Assembly (NCBI GenBank): GCA_964653225.1
Contig: CAZZCV010000006.1
Span: 35,805 to 99,804, forward strand
Length of the DNA stretch: 64,000 bases
DNA from: an uncultured Rhodoplanes sp.
GTDB lineage: Bacteria; Pseudomonadota; Alphaproteobacteria; Rhizobiales; Xanthobacteraceae
Direction of reading: 5' to 3'
Program-made: the position numbers and the translations under genes
Shown: positions 29,639 through 40,756 of the stretch, piece after piece
Position numbering within the stretch: the first letter of the stretch is position 1
How the letters are laid out: each line of letters opens with the position of its first letter
The notes under the pieces: model-generated
Database searches by the model: none
Seen by the model: the letters and a program-made list of their open reading frames with translations, nothing else
Told to the model about the DNA's origin: nothing

Positions 29639-29690
29639 GGGCGGAGCCGGGATTGCCGCCATAATCGGCACGGACGATTCACAGGGTCGA

Positions 29691-31349
29691 ATGCAGGCTG
29701 CCTCTCCCGCCCCCTTCACGTCGAGCGAGCGCATGCTCGACGGCGCCGCCGTCGCCGTGCTCGCCGTGGTGGCCGCCGCTGCTCTCCTGACCTTCCGCGA
29801 CTACGGGCTCGGCTGGGACGACTACACCCATTCGCAATACGGCGACCTGCTGCTTTCGCTCTACGGCTCCGGCCTGAGCGACACGCGCGCGCTCTCCTTC
29901 GTCAACCTGTTCATGTACGGCGGGGCCTTCGACATGGCCGCGGCGCTGCTCGCCAAGCTGCTGCCATTCGACCTGTTCGAGACCCGCAGGCTCGCGGGCG
30001 CGGCCGTGGGCCTGCTCGGCCTGTTCGTCACATGGCGGATCGCGCGGCGGATCGGCGGGCCGCTCGCCGGCCTGCTGGCGGCCGCGCTGCTCGCGGCCTG
30101 CCCGCTCTACTACGGGCATATGTTCGTCAACGCGAAGGACACGCCCTTCGCGGTGGCCCTGACAGTGCTGCTGTTGGGCCTCGTCCGCGCGCTCGACGAA
30201 TATCCGCGGCCCGCACGCGGCACGGTCGTCCTCGTCGGGCTCGGGCTCGGCTTCGCCATCGGCTCGCGCGTGGCGCTGGCGGGCTTCGGCGTGCTGTCAG
30301 CGTTCATCGCGCTGGCGATGCTGGCGGCGCTGGAGATGCGGGCGCACGGCTCGCGGGATGCCGCCGCCCGCCTGGGCCGCTTCGTGCTGGCGCTGCTTCC
30401 GGCCGCGGTGTTAGGTTACGCCGTGATGGCGCTGATCTGGCCCTGGTCGGTGGCCGATCCGCTCAATCCCTTCCGCGCGCTCGGCTATTTCTCGCACTTC
30501 TTCGAGAAGCCCTGGGAGGAGCTGTTCGGCGGACGGCCCGTTTCGGTGCCGGACATGCCGCGCTCCTATGCGCCGACCCTGTTCGGGCTTCAGATGCCCG
30601 AGATCTTCATCGCGCTCTCGCTCGGCGGTCTCGCCCTCGCGCTCTCCGGCGTCGTGCGCGCGGATGCCACGCCGCGACGGCGCGCGATCCTCCTTCTCCT
30701 GATGCTATTCGCCGTGCTGCCGCTCGTGGTGACGGTCATCGCGCGGCCGGCGATGTACAACGGCATCCGGCATTTCGTGTTCGTGCTGCCGCCGTTCGCG
30801 GTCGTCGGCGGGCTTGCCGGCGCGTGGCTGTTCGAACGCATCGGCGCAAGCGGCCGCCGGGCGCGGGCCGCGGCCGCCGCCGCGCTGCTGCTCGGGCTGA
30901 TGCTGCCGCTCGCCGCGATGCTGCGGCTGCACCCGTACCAATACGCCTATTTCAACGAGCTGGCCGGCGGCGCACAGGGCGCGCGCGCCTCCTACATGCT
31001 GGACTACTGGGGCCTGTCGCTCAAACAGGCGGCGCAGGCGCTGCTTTCGGATCTTGCCGCGCGCGGCGAAACCCCGCCTGCGGACCGCAAGTGGATGGTG
31101 GCGGTGTGCGGCCCGCACCCGCCGGCGCGGGTGGCGCTGGGTCCGCGCTTCGAGCCGACATGGGATCCGAAGGGCGCGGACTTCGCGCTGATGCTGGGCG
31201 AGTTCTACTGCGCCGGCATCGACGCGCCGCAGATCGCCCGCATCGAGCGCGACGGCGCGGTGTTCGCGCGCGTCTACGACATCCGCGGCCGGCAGGTCGA
31301 CAATCTGTTCACCCGTCCGCCGGTGGAGCGGGAGGAGGATCGGAAGTGA
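29691..31349 (+). CDS. GT-C fold glycosyltransferase (family 39/ArnT-like)
   Basis: First TM followed by DYGLGWDD acidic loop, YGGAFD, NAKDTPF, many TMs, YNGIRHF, DYWG. Confidence 0.8.
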   Translation: MQAASPAPFTSSERMLDGAAVAVLAVVAAAALLTFRDYGLGWDDYTHSQYGDLLLSLYGSGLSDTRALSFVNLFMYGGAFDMAAALLAKLLPFDLFETRRLAGAAVGLLGLFVTWRIARRIGGPLAGLLAAALLAACPLYYGHMFVNAKDTPFAVALTVLLLGLVRALDEYPRPARGTVVLVGLGLGFAIGSRVALAGFGVLSAFIALAMLAALEMRAHGSRDAAARLGRFVLALLPAAVLGYAVMALIWPWSVADPLNPFRALGYFSHFFEKPWEELFGGRPVSVPDMPRSYAPTLFGLQMPEIFIALSLGGLALALSGVVRADATPRRRAILLLLMLFAVLPLVVTVIARPAMYNGIRHFVFVLPPFAVVGGLAGAWLFERIGASGRRARAAAAAALLLGLMLPLAAMLRLHPYQYAYFNELAGGAQGARASYMLDYWGLSLKQAAQALLSDLAARGETPPADRKWMVAVCGPHPPARVALGPRFEPTWDPKGADFALMLGEFYCAGIDAPQIARIERDGAVFARVYDIRGRQVDNLFTRPPVEREEDRK

Positions 31350-32213
31350 TCAGCCGTGCGCGAACGCCCAGTACAGCTCCCGCGCCTTGCGGTAGAGCGG
31401 CCCCGGCTGCAGCGCCCGCTCGCCGATGCGGTTGACGGGCACCACCTTGGAATAATTGCCGGTGGAGAAGATCTCGTCGGCGGCCTCGAAGTCCGCGAAA
31501 CGCAGCGCGGTCTCGACCACCGCGACGCCGGCCTTGCGCAGCAGCGCGATGGTTCGCTGGCGCGTGATGCCGTTGAGGAACTGGCCGTTGGCGAGCGGGG
31601 TGAGCACCACGCCGTCGCGAACCATGAACACGTTGGCGGTTGCAAGCTCCGCGATGTTGCCGGTCAGGTCCCGCACCAGGCAATTGTCGAAGCCGCGCGC
31701 GTGCGCCTCCAGCAGCATCCGCCCGTTGTTGGGATAGAGGCATCCCGCCTTGGCGTCGGCCGGCGCGCATTCGAGCGAAGGCTTGCGGAACGGCGACAGC
31801 GTCACCGAGAAGCCCTGCCCCGGATCGCGCATCGGCGCTTCGTAGAGGGACAGGCACCAGCGGGTCGAATCCGGCTCCGGCGACACCAGCAGCGGCCCGC
31901 CCTGCTCGGCCCAGACCATCGGCCGCACATAGAGCGCGGCATCCGGATCGAACTTCTTCCGGCCCTCGGCCACCAGCCCGAGCCAGGTGTCGAGCGGCAC
32001 GTCCGCCCGCAGGTGCATCGCCTGCGCCGACCTGTTCACCCGCTCGCAATGCAGGTCGAGGTCGGGGGCGACGCCCTCGAACACCCGCGCGCCGTCGAAC
32101 ACCGACGAGCAGAGCCAGGCCGCATGCGTGCGGATGCCCATGATCGGCACGTTGCCTTCGTGCCAGTCGCCGTCGAGGAAGGTCCAGGTTTTCGTCCAGA
32201 CGGGGGGCGCCAT
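31350..32213 (-). CDS. Class IV PLP aminotransferase (branched-chain amino acid aminotransferase-like)
   Basis: SSVFDGAR, AKAGCLYPN (PLP Lys), ELATANVF, LNGITRQ, DEIFSTGN. Confidence 0.9.
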   Translation of the reverse strand: MAPPVWTKTWTFLDGDWHEGNVPIMGIRTHAAWLCSSVFDGARVFEGVAPDLDLHCERVNRSAQAMHLRADVPLDTWLGLVAEGRKKFDPDAALYVRPMVWAEQGGPLLVSPEPDSTRWCLSLYEAPMRDPGQGFSVTLSPFRKPSLECAPADAKAGCLYPNNGRMLLEAHARGFDNCLVRDLTGNIAELATANVFMVRDGVVLTPLANGQFLNGITRQRTIALLRKAGVAVVETALRFADFEAADEIFSTGNYSKVVPVNRIGERALQPGPLYRKARELYWAFAHG

Positions 32214-32214
32214 G

Positions 32215-33609
32215 TCAGGACGCCAGCCGGTCGAGGATGCGCGCCCAGCTCCGGATGCCCTTATGGAACGAGGAGAGGTCGAACTTCTCGTTGGGCGAAT
32301 GCACCCGGTCGTCGTCGAGCGCGAAGCCGACCATCAGCGAATCCATGCCCAGCACCCGCTTGAAGTCGCCCACGATCGGAATCGAGCCGCCGGCGCCGAT
32401 GGTGACGGCTTTGCGGCCCCACTCCTCGGCGAGCGCGGCGCGCGCCTTCTCCAGCGCCGGATTGTCGAACGGCAGTTGCAGGGCCGGCGCATCGCCGAAG
32501 TTGGCGAACTCGACGGAGGCGTCCGCCGGCAGTCGCGCACGCACGAAGGCGTGGAACGCCTCGCGAACCTTCTTGGGGTCCTGATCGCCGACCAGCCGGA
32601 ACGACACCTTGGCCGAGGCCTGTCCGGGGATCACGGTCTTGGCGCCCTCCCCGGTGTAGCCGCCCACGATGCCGTTGATCTCGGCCGTGGGCCGCGTGGC
32701 GATCTGCTCGATCAGCATCCGGTCCTTCTCGCCGGCCGGAACCTTGAGGCCGACCTGGCCGAGGAACTGCTCGGCCGTGAGGTTGAGCCCGGCGAGGTCC
32801 GCCCGGATGTCGGGCGGCAGCTCCGGCACGCCATCATAGAAGCCGGGAATGGTGACGCGGCCCTGGTCGTCGTGCATCGCGCCCAGAATTTTCGCCAGCA
32901 CCCGGATCGGGTTCTGCGCCGCGCCGCCGAACAGGCCGGAGTGCAGGTCGCGGTCCGCGCAGGTGAGCTTCACCTCCTCGTACACCAGCCCGCGCAACGA
33001 GGTGGTGATCGCGGGCGTGTTCCGGTCCCACATGCCGGTGTCGCACACCAGCGCAAGGTCGAGCTTGAACTCGTCGGCGTTGTCGCGGACGAAATCGAAC
33101 AGATGTTTTGAGCCGCACTCCTCCTCGCCCTCGATCATCACCGTGATCGGAAGCGGGAGCGAGCCCGTCACCGCCTTGTAGGCGCGGCACGCCTCGATGA
33201 AGGTCATCGCCTGGCCTTTGTCGTCGCAGGCGCCGCGCGCCACGATGATCTTGCGGCCGCCGGGCAGTTCCTCGATCCGCGGCTCGAACGGAGGCGTGGT
33301 CCAAAGCTCAAGCGGGTCAACGGGTTGCACGTCGTAATGGCCATAGAACAGAACGTGCGGCGCGCCCGCCTTCGCGGAACCGTTCGCAGCCTTCGCAACC
33401 ACCACCGGATGGCCGCCGGTCGGCCGCACCTCCGCGGCGAAGCCGATGCTTTCGAGATCGGCCGCAACGAAATCGGCCGCGGTGCGGCAGTGCGCCGCAA
33501 ACGCCGGATCGGTGGACACTGACTGAATCCGCAGCAGCGCGAACAGCCGGTCGAGGCTGGCTTCGAGATCGCGGTCGATGCGGTCGAGCACCGCGTCGAG
33601 CTTGCTCAT
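32215..33609 (-). CDS. M20/M25/M40 family metallo-dipeptidase
   Basis: YGHYDVQP, ARGACDDKGQ, EGEEECGS, DLHSG, HSPNEK. Confidence 0.93.
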   Translation of the reverse strand: MSKLDAVLDRIDRDLEASLDRLFALLRIQSVSTDPAFAAHCRTAADFVAADLESIGFAAEVRPTGGHPVVVAKAANGSAKAGAPHVLFYGHYDVQPVDPLELWTTPPFEPRIEELPGGRKIIVARGACDDKGQAMTFIEACRAYKAVTGSLPLPITVMIEGEEECGSKHLFDFVRDNADEFKLDLALVCDTGMWDRNTPAITTSLRGLVYEEVKLTCADRDLHSGLFGGAAQNPIRVLAKILGAMHDDQGRVTIPGFYDGVPELPPDIRADLAGLNLTAEQFLGQVGLKVPAGEKDRMLIEQIATRPTAEINGIVGGYTGEGAKTVIPGQASAKVSFRLVGDQDPKKVREAFHAFVRARLPADASVEFANFGDAPALQLPFDNPALEKARAALAEEWGRKAVTIGAGGSIPIVGDFKRVLGMDSLMVGFALDDDRVHSPNEKFDLSSFHKGIRSWARILDRLAS

Positions 33610-33839
33610 GAATCTCTCCCTTGGTTACGCGCAGGCTAACAATCGTTCCAAAGTCTGCAAGATGCGGAGATGGAAATCGTCTGCCTGCGTTGCGAATGCG
33701 CCGCCGAAGCCGCGTCGCCGTCACGCGCGGGACGCGCGATCGATGCGATCCTCGTGCATCACGTCGCGCTTGTTTTCCTCCGTCATGGTGCTATTCATTC
33801 CGCACAATCCGCCGTCAGTGCGGTGTGGGGGCGCGGATC

Positions 33840-34190
33840 ATGGACGAACTCGTGGAGCGTCTCGTCGCCAGTGTCGGCGTCGATCGTGCAACGGCCGAAA
33901 AAGCAGTCGGCATCATTCTCGCCTTCCTGAAACAGGAAGGACCGGCGGACAAGGTTCAGACGCTGATCGACAAGCTGCCGGGCGCGCAGGCCGCGATCGC
34001 GGCTGCGGGCGAAGGCGGCGCGTTCGGCGGCATCATGGGCGTCGGCTCCAGGCTGATGTCCGCCGGCCTCGGCATGGGCCAGATCCAGGGCGTCACCCGC
34101 GAGGTCATCGCGCATGCGCGCGAGAAGGCCGGCGAGGATGCCGTCGGCGACATCGTGGGATCGATCCCCGGCCTCGGACAGTTCGTGTGA
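33840..34190 (+). CDS. Small conserved helical protein (DUF2267-like)
   Basis: MDELVERLVASVGVDRATAEKAVGIILAFL...IPGLGQFV; stop overlaps next start. Confidence 0.75.
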   Translation: MDELVERLVASVGVDRATAEKAVGIILAFLKQEGPADKVQTLIDKLPGAQAAIAAAGEGGAFGGIMGVGSRLMSAGLGMGQIQGVTREVIAHAREKAGEDAVGDIVGSIPGLGQFV

Positions 34191-34609
34191 TGTCTGCGAC
34201 GGCCTACCCCATCGCCGACGTCGCGGGCGGCGATCCGGACGTCGCCCGGTCCTTGAAGAAAGCCGGCATCCGCACCAGCACCCGGTTCCTGGATGCGGCC
34301 GCCAACCCGCGCGGCCGCAAGGCGCTCGCGGAGAAGACCGGCATCGACGAGAAGCAGATCCTGTGCTGGGCCAACAAGGCCGACCGCATGCGGATCCGCG
34401 GCGTGGGCGACGAATTCGCCGAATTGCTCCAGGCCGCCGGCGTGGACACCGTGCGGGAGCTGCGCCACCGCAGCCCAGCCAATCTCGCCAAGGCCATGCG
34501 GGCCGCCAACGACAAGCGCAAGCTCGTGCAGGTGCTGCCGTCCGACCGCGCCATCGAGCGCTGGATCGAGCACGCCCGGAAGCTGCCGTTGAAGATCAGC
34601 TATCGCTGA
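34190..34609 (+). CDS. DUF4332 domain protein (HhH-like)
   Basis: LKKAGIRT...GRKALAEKTGI...WANKADRMRIRGVG...LLQAAGVDTVRELRHR. Confidence 0.85.
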   Translation: MSATAYPIADVAGGDPDVARSLKKAGIRTSTRFLDAAANPRGRKALAEKTGIDEKQILCWANKADRMRIRGVGDEFAELLQAAGVDTVRELRHRSPANLAKAMRAANDKRKLVQVLPSDRAIERWIEHARKLPLKISYR

Positions 34610-34736
34610 CCGGACACCGCGGCGTTCTCTTTCGCTTCCGGCCTCATTCTCCGAGACGCACCCCTTTCGTGGCGCTCCCCGGGATGAGGCCCGTGCCCGG
34701 CTTGACTTGTGCACGCGCCGCGCGCAAAGCGGCGGC

Positions 34737-35633
34737 ATGACCGCGGCCCGCAACCCCAAGCCGGATCCCAAGCAGGCTCCCGAACCCGATCCGGCGTCCG
34801 CAGCGGCTCCCGCCCCGCTGGGCGCGCTGCTGGCGCTGGGCCGCCCGCTGGTCATGGGCATCCTCAACGTGACGCCGGACTCGTTCTCGGACGGCGGCGA
34901 CTTCCAGGCTCCGGACGTCGCCATCGCCCACGCCCGCCGCATGGCCGCGGAGGGCGCGGACATCCTCGACATCGGCGCGGAATCCACGCGGCCCTATCTC
35001 GGTGCGACGCCGGTGTCCGCGCAGGACGAGCGGACGCGGCTCGCTCCCGTGCTGCCGGCCGTGGCGGGCGTCGGCCCGCCGGTGTCCATCGACACCATGA
35101 AAGCGGAGGTCGCCGCCTGGGCGCTCGCGCAGGGCGCGTCCATCGTCAACGACGTGTGGGGCCTGCAACGCGATCCCGACATGGCGCGCGTGGTCGCCGA
35201 ACACGGCGTGCCGGTGATCGTCATGCACAACCGCGAGGCCGCCGATCCCGCCATCGACATCGTCGCCGACATGCGGGACTTCTTCTCCCGCTCGCTGGAC
35301 ATCGCCGCCCGCGCGGGCGTGGCGCGCGAGGCGGTGGTGCTCGACCCCGGCATCGGCTTCGGCAAGACGCCGCGGCAGAGCATGATCGCTCTGGCGCGGC
35401 TCGACGCGCTCAGGTCCTTCGGGCTGCCGATCCTGGTGGGCGCCTCGCGCAAGCGCTTCATCGACAGCGTGGTGCGCACCGAACCCAGGCAGCGCTTGCC
35501 CGGCTCGCTCGCCGCCCACCTGATTTCGGTCGAGAGCGGCGCAGCCATCATTCGCGCCCACGACGTCGCCGAGACCGTTCAGGCCTTGCGGGTCGCGGCC
35601 GCCATCCGCAGCGCGCCGGGGGACCTGCGATGA
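34737..35633 (+). CDS. folP: Dihydropteroate synthase
   Basis: MGILNVTPDSFSDGG, DIGAESTRP, SIDT, DPGIGFGK, GASRKRF, RAHDV. Confidence 0.96.
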   Translation: MTAARNPKPDPKQAPEPDPASAAAPAPLGALLALGRPLVMGILNVTPDSFSDGGDFQAPDVAIAHARRMAAEGADILDIGAESTRPYLGATPVSAQDERTRLAPVLPAVAGVGPPVSIDTMKAEVAAWALAQGASIVNDVWGLQRDPDMARVVAEHGVPVIVMHNREAADPAIDIVADMRDFFSRSLDIAARAGVAREAVVLDPGIGFGKTPRQSMIALARLDALRSFGLPILVGASRKRFIDSVVRTEPRQRLPGSLAAHLISVESGAAIIRAHDVAETVQALRVAAAIRSAPGDLR

Positions 35634-35998
35634 CCGATCAGGTGTTCGTCAAGGGACTGGCGCTGCACGCCTATCACGGCGTGATGCAACATGAGGGCAA
35701 GGTCGGCCAGACCTTCACGCTCGACCTCACGCTCGACATCGATCTCACCACCGCCGCCCGCACCGACAAGCTGGCGCATACGGTCGGCTACGACCAGGTG
35801 GTGTCGGTGGCGAGCGGCGTCTTCTGCGGCAAGCGCTACCGGCTGATCGAGGCTGCCGCAGGCGCGGTGGCCGATGCGATCCTGGACCGCTTCCCGCAGG
35901 TCCGGGCCATCCGCATCACCGTGCACAAGCCGCACGCGCCCATCGCCGCCACCTTCGACGACGTCGGCGTGTCGATCCTGCGGATCAGAAGCGCATGA
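35630..35998 (+). CDS. folB: Dihydroneopterin aldolase
   Basis: AYHGVMQHEGKVGQTFTLD, TVGY, LIEAAA, VHKPHAPI. Confidence 0.95.
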   Translation: MTDQVFVKGLALHAYHGVMQHEGKVGQTFTLDLTLDIDLTTAARTDKLAHTVGYDQVVSVASGVFCGKRYRLIEAAAGAVADAILDRFPQVRAIRITVHKPHAPIAATFDDVGVSILRIRSA

Positions 35999-36039
35999 TC
36001 CCGAAAAGTGGGAACCGGTTTTCGGACAAGATCATGCGC
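35991..36039. repeat. Short palindromic REP/RPE-like element between folB and folK
   Basis: GCGCATGATC-CCGAAAA-GTGGGAACCGG-TTTTCGG-ACAA-GATCATGCGC: nested inverted repeats of a type I recall as dispersed in Rhizobiales genomes. Confidence 0.75.
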
Positions 36040-36055
36040 CATTCCAAAAGCAATC

Positions 36056-36553
36056 ATGCCTGATGCGCTGGTCGGACTCGGCGGCAATGTCGGCGACGTG
36101 CGCGAGACTCTGGAGCGCGCCATCGCGGCCTTCTGTGACGGCGAGGTCGTGCGCCTGCTTGCGCGCTCGTCCGATTACCGCACCCCGCCCTGGGGCGTGG
36201 AGGACCAGCCGCCGTTCGTGAACGCAGCCATTGCCGTCGAAACGACGCTTGCGCCGCACGACCTGCTCGCGCGCGCACACGCGACCGAGCGCGCCTTCGG
36301 CCGCGACCGGACGCGCGAGACCCGCTGGGGGCCGCGAACGCTCGACATCGATCTGATCGCCTATGGCGACGTCGTGCTGGATACGCCCGGCCTGACCCTG
36401 CCGCATCCGCGGCTGTTCGAGCGCGCCTTCGTGCTGGCGCCGCTGGCCGAGTTTGCGGGCGAGCGGATCGTGGCCGGCCGGCGCATCGGCGATGCGCTCG
36501 CGGGTCTCGACCGCAGCGGCATCGAGCGGCTGCCGCCGCGCGCGACCGCCTGA
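36056..36553 (+). CDS. folK: 2-amino-4-hydroxy-6-hydroxymethyldihydropteridine diphosphokinase
   Basis: GLGGNVG, DQPPFVNA, RWGPRTLDIDLI, LPHPRLFERAFVLAPL. Confidence 0.95.
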   Translation: MPDALVGLGGNVGDVRETLERAIAAFCDGEVVRLLARSSDYRTPPWGVEDQPPFVNAAIAVETTLAPHDLLARAHATERAFGRDRTRETRWGPRTLDIDLIAYGDVVLDTPGLTLPHPRLFERAFVLAPLAEFAGERIVAGRRIGDALAGLDRSGIERLPPRATA

Positions 36554-36621
36554 CGGGGCCGCCGCCGGCTTTGTTCGCCGGGCGCATTGGCGGCGCAGGC
36601 CGGGCATGGCATTTTGAGCCC

Positions 36622-38532
36622 ATGACCAACGGCTCGACGACCGACGAAATATCCTTCGCCTCCGGATTCCCGGCCTCGACCCGCGAGGACTGGCTCCGGC
36701 TGGTGAAGGCCGCGCTCAAGGACCGCCCCTACGAGCGGCTGGTGTCGCGGACCTACGACGGGCTTGCGATCGAGCCGCTCTATCCGCGCGCGGAAGACGC
36801 GACGCCGGTCGCGGCGCGGCGCGGACCGTGGCAACTGGTGCAGCGGGTCGACCATCCCGATCCGTCTGCGGCCAACGTCGAGGCGCTGCACGACCTGCAG
36901 AACGGAGCCAACGGCCTCGCGCTGGTGTTCCGCGGCGCGGGGGGCGACCGAGGCTTCGGCCTCGAAGCCTCGGAGGCCGCTCTCGCGCGCGTGCTCGACG
37001 GCGTCTATCTCGACGCCGGCATCGGCATCGACCTCGATCTCTCGCCGCAGAGCAAGGACGCGGGCGCGATCCTGGCTGCGCTGGCGAAGCGGCGGGGGCT
37101 CGATCCGGCGGCCGTGAACATCCGCTTCGGCTTCGATCCGCTCGGCGCGATGGCGAAGGCCGGCGGCACGCCACTGGCGTGGAGCGATCTCGTGCCGGCC
37201 TTCAACGCCGCCATCGGCGACCTCGCCGCGCAGGGCTTCCGCGGTCCGTTCGCGGCCGCCGACGGCCGCCTGATCCACGACGCCGGCGGCTCGGAGGCGC
37301 AGGAGCTGGCCTTCGTCCTCGCAGTCGCGGTCGCCTACCTCCGCGCGCTGGAGCAGGGCGGGATTGCGCCCGACGCGGCGCGTCGCATGATCCACTTCCG
37401 GCTTTCCGCCGACGCCGACCAGTTCCTCACCGTCGCGAAACTGCGCGCCCTGCGCCGGCTCTGGGCGCGCGTCGAAGAGGCCTGCGGGCTCGCGCCCGAG
37501 CCCGCCTTCGTCGCGGCCGAGACCGCGTGGCGCATGATGTCGAAGCGCGACCCGTGGGTGAACATGCTGCGCACCACCATCGCGGCGTTCTCGTCCGGGA
37601 TCGGCGGCGCGGACGCGGTGACGGTGCTGCCGTTCACGGCGGCGCTGGGGCTGCCCGACCGCTTCGCGCGGCGCAACGCGCGCAACATCCAGCTCCTCCT
37701 GCTGGAGGAATCCAACCTCGCCCGCGTGAGCGACCCGGCCGCGGGCGCGGGCGGCATCGAGGCGCTGACCGGCGAACTCGGCCGCGCGGGCTGGACGCTG
37801 TTCCAGGAGATCGAGAAAGCGGGCGGCGCCTACGGCGCGCTCGCAAGCGGGCTGATCCAGAGCAAGGTCGCGGCCGTGCGCGCCGAGCGCGAGGCCAGCG
37901 TGGCGCGCCGCAAGGACGCGCTCACCGGGGCCAGCGACTATCCGCTGCTCAGCGAAGCCGGCGTGACGGTGCTGGCCACGCCGCCTGCGGCCGCGCCGCC
38001 CTATCCTTCCTCCATCTCCTTTCCTGCGCTTTCGCCGTTCCGTCTCGCAGAGCCGTTCGAAGCGCTGCGCGACGCCTCCGACCGCGCGCTCAAGGCCACG
38101 GGCGCGCGGCCGGCAATCTTCCTCGCCAACCTCGGCCGGCTCTCAGATTTCACCGCACGGCAGACCTTCGCCAAGAACCTGTTCGAGGCCGGCGGCATCG
38201 AGGCGCTCACCAACGACGGCTTCGCGAGCCGCGACGCCATGATCGCCGCGTTCAAGGCCTCCGGCGCATCGCTGGCCTGCCTGTGCTCGTCGGACGCGAT
38301 CTACGAAGCCGAGGCCGCCGACGCCGCCAGGGCGCTCGCCGCGGCCGGAGCGAAGCACATCCATCTGGCGGGCCGGCCCAAGGATACCGCGCCCTACGAG
38401 GCCGCCGGCATCGGAACCTGCGTGTATCTCGGCTGCGACGTGCTCAAGACCTTGCGCGCGGCGCATGCTATGCTCGGCCTCGCCGCCGAGCCTAAGCAAG
38501 CGGAGCCGCAGCCAGCGGAGCGGAGACCATGA
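36622..38532 (+). CDS. mutA: Methylmalonyl-CoA mutase small (beta) subunit
   Basis: [48 protein letters not shown]; lacks DxHxxG; ATGA overlap with large subunit. Confidence 0.9.
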   Translation: MTNGSTTDEISFASGFPASTREDWLRLVKAALKDRPYERLVSRTYDGLAIEPLYPRAEDATPVAARRGPWQLVQRVDHPDPSAANVEALHDLQNGANGLALVFRGAGGDRGFGLEASEAALARVLDGVYLDAGIGIDLDLSPQSKDAGAILAALAKRRGLDPAAVNIRFGFDPLGAMAKAGGTPLAWSDLVPAFNAAIGDLAAQGFRGPFAAADGRLIHDAGGSEAQELAFVLAVAVAYLRALEQGGIAPDAARRMIHFRLSADADQFLTVAKLRALRRLWARVEEACGLAPEPAFVAAETAWRMMSKRDPWVNMLRTTIAAFSSGIGGADAVTVLPFTAALGLPDRFARRNARNIQLLLLEESNLARVSDPAAGAGGIEALTGELGRAGWTLFQEIEKAGGAYGALASGLIQSKVAAVRAEREASVARRKDALTGASDYPLLSEAGVTVLATPPAAAPPYPSSISFPALSPFRLAEPFEALRDASDRALKATGARPAIFLANLGRLSDFTARQTFAKNLFEAGGIEALTNDGFASRDAMIAAFKASGASLACLCSSDAIYEAEAADAARALAAAGAKHIHLAGRPKDTAPYEAAGIGTCVYLGCDVLKTLRAAHAMLGLAAEPKQAEPQPAERRP

Positions 38533-40691
38533 GCAGGATTCCGGACTTCGCCACGGTCGATTACGCAGCCGCCCCGCCGGCCGCCGTCACGGGCCCGGTC
38601 GCCGAACCATGGCTCACGCCCGAGGGCATCCCAGTCAAGCCGGTCTACGGCGCGGCGGACCTCGCCGGCCTCGACTTCCTCGACACCCATCCCGGCATCG
38701 CGCCTTATCTGCGCGGCCCCTACCCGGCGATGTACGCGGCCCAGCCCTGGACCATCCGGCAATACGCCGGCTTCTCCACGGCCGAGGATTCCAACGCCTT
38801 CTACCGCCGCAACCTGGCGGCCGGGCAGAAGGGCCTGTCGGTCGCCTTCGACCTCGCCACGCACCGCGGTTACGATTCCGACCATCCGCGCGTGGCCGGC
38901 GACGTCGGCATGGCGGGGGTCGCCATCGACTCGATCTACGACATGCGCACGCTGTTCTCGGGCATTCCGCTCGACCAGATGAGCGTGTCGATGACCATGA
39001 ACGGCGCGGTGCTGCCGATCCTGGCGCTGTTCGTGGTCGCGGCCGAGGAACAGGGGGTGCCGCCTTCGAGCCTCTCCGGCACGATCCAGAACGACATCCT
39101 CAAAGAATTCATGGTGCGGAACACCTACATCTATCCGCCCGCGCCCTCGATGCGGATCATCTCCGACATTTTCGCCTTCGCCTCGGCCAGCATGCCGAAG
39201 TTCAACTCGATCTCGATCTCCGGCTATCACATGCAGGAGGCCGGCGCGACGCAGGACCTGGAGCTGGCCTACACGCTGGCGGACGGCGTGGAATACGTTC
39301 GCGCCGGCATCGGGGCCGGGCTCGACGTGGATCGCTTCGCACCCCGGCTGTCGTTCTTCTGGGCGATCGGCATGAACTTCTTCATGGAGGTGGCGAAGCT
39401 GCGCGCCGCGCGCCTGCTCTGGGCCAGGCTGATGAAGGATTTCGCGCCGCAAGACGCGCGCTCGCTGTCGCTGCGCACCCATTCGCAGACCTCCGGGTGG
39501 TCGCTCACCGCGCAGGACGTGTTCAACAACGTGTCGCGCACGATGATCGAGGCGATGGCGGCGACGCAGGGCCACACCCAGTCCCTGCACACCAACGCGC
39601 TCGACGAGGCGCTGGCGCTGCCGACCGACTTCTCCGCCCGCATCGCCCGCAACACCCAGATCGTCCTGCAGCAGGAAAGCGGCACCACCCGCATCGCCGA
39701 TCCGTGGGGCGGATCGTTCTACGTCGAGCGGCTCACCGCTGAGCTTGCGAATAAGGCCTGGGGCCACATCCGCGAGGTCGAGGAGCTTGGCGGCATGGCC
39801 AAGGCCATCGAGGCCTCGATCCCGAAGCTGCGCATCGAGGAGGCCGCGGCCAAGACCCAGGCGCGCATCGACGCCGGCCAGCAGTCGGTGATCGGCGTCA
39901 ACAAATACCGCCCCGAGAGCGAAGCGCCGATCGAGGTGCTCAAGGTCGACAATTCGGCGGTGCGCAGGCTGCAGCTCGACAAGCTGCGGCGGCTGAAGGC
40001 CGAGCGCGATCCGAAGGCGGTCGAAGCGACGCTCGCCGCGCTCACCCGCGCCGCGGGCGGCGGCAACGGCAATCTCCTGGCGCTGGCGATCGAGGCCGCG
40101 CGCGCCAAGGCCACGGTCGGCGAAATCTCGATGGCGATGGAGCAGGTGTTCGGCCGGCACCGTGCGGAGATCCGGGCGATCTCGGGAGTCTACAAGCGGG
40201 AGGTCGGAACCATGTCGGACGCGGTGACGCGCGTGCAACAGCTCGTCTCCGCCTTCGAGCGCGACGAGGGCCGCAGGCCACGCATCCTGGTGGCCAAGAT
40301 CGGCCAGGACGGCCACGATCGCGGCCAGAAGGTGATCGCCTCGGCCTTCGCCGATCTCGGCTTCGACGTGGACATCGGCCCGCTGTTCGCGACGCCGGCG
40401 GAGGCGGCGCGCCAGGCGGTGGAGAACGACGTGCACGTGATCGGCGTGTCCTCGCTCGCCGCGGGTCATCTGACGCTGGTGCCGGAGGTCAAGGCGGAGC
40501 TTGAGAAACAGGGCCGCGGCGACATCACCATCGTCGTCGGCGGCGTGGTGCCGCCGCAGGACTACGACGCGCTCAAGGCCGCGGGCGCCGATGCGATCTT
40601 CCCGCCCGGCACCGTGATCGCGGACGCGGCCGAGGCGCTGGTGAAGTCGCTCAACCGCAAGCTCGGCCACGCGCAGCAGGCGGCGGAGTAG
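38529..40691 (+). CDS. scpA: Methylmalonyl-CoA mutase large (alpha) subunit, B12-dependent
   Basis: [38 protein letters not shown]12-binding GQDGHDRG and SSLAAGH. Confidence 0.97.
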   Translation: MSRIPDFATVDYAAAPPAAVTGPVAEPWLTPEGIPVKPVYGAADLAGLDFLDTHPGIAPYLRGPYPAMYAAQPWTIRQYAGFSTAEDSNAFYRRNLAAGQKGLSVAFDLATHRGYDSDHPRVAGDVGMAGVAIDSIYDMRTLFSGIPLDQMSVSMTMNGAVLPILALFVVAAEEQGVPPSSLSGTIQNDILKEFMVRNTYIYPPAPSMRIISDIFAFASASMPKFNSISISGYHMQEAGATQDLELAYTLADGVEYVRAGIGAGLDVDRFAPRLSFFWAIGMNFFMEVAKLRAARLLWARLMKDFAPQDARSLSLRTHSQTSGWSLTAQDVFNNVSRTMIEAMAATQGHTQSLHTNALDEALALPTDFSARIARNTQIVLQQESGTTRIADPWGGSFYVERLTAELANKAWGHIREVEELGGMAKAIEASIPKLRIEEAAAKTQARIDAGQQSVIGVNKYRPESEAPIEVLKVDNSAVRRLQLDKLRRLKAERDPKAVEATLAALTRAAGGGNGNLLALAIEAARAKATVGEISMAMEQVFGRHRAEIRAISGVYKREVGTMSDAVTRVQQLVSAFERDEGRRPRILVAKIGQDGHDRGQKVIASAFADLGFDVDIGPLFATPAEAARQAVENDVHVIGVSSLAAGHLTLVPEVKAELEKQGRGDITIVVGGVVPPQDYDALKAAGADAIFPPGTVIADAAEALVKSLNRKLGHAQQAAE

Positions 40692-40756
40692 CGTTGACAC
40701 CGCAATCCTTTTTCAATCATCTTGATTTCACTGAATAAATTAAAGGGAGGGATCAT

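Noticed and set aside
31350-32213. Aminodeoxychorismate lyase (pabC) call because of nearby fol genes
   Set aside because: It is 2.5 kb away on the opposite strand and coupled to the dipeptidase; the sequence looks like the common alphaproteobacterial BCAT-like family.
36554-36621. Cobalamin riboswitch ahead of the mutase genes
   Set aside because: The intergenic gap is only about 68 bp and has no B12-box.
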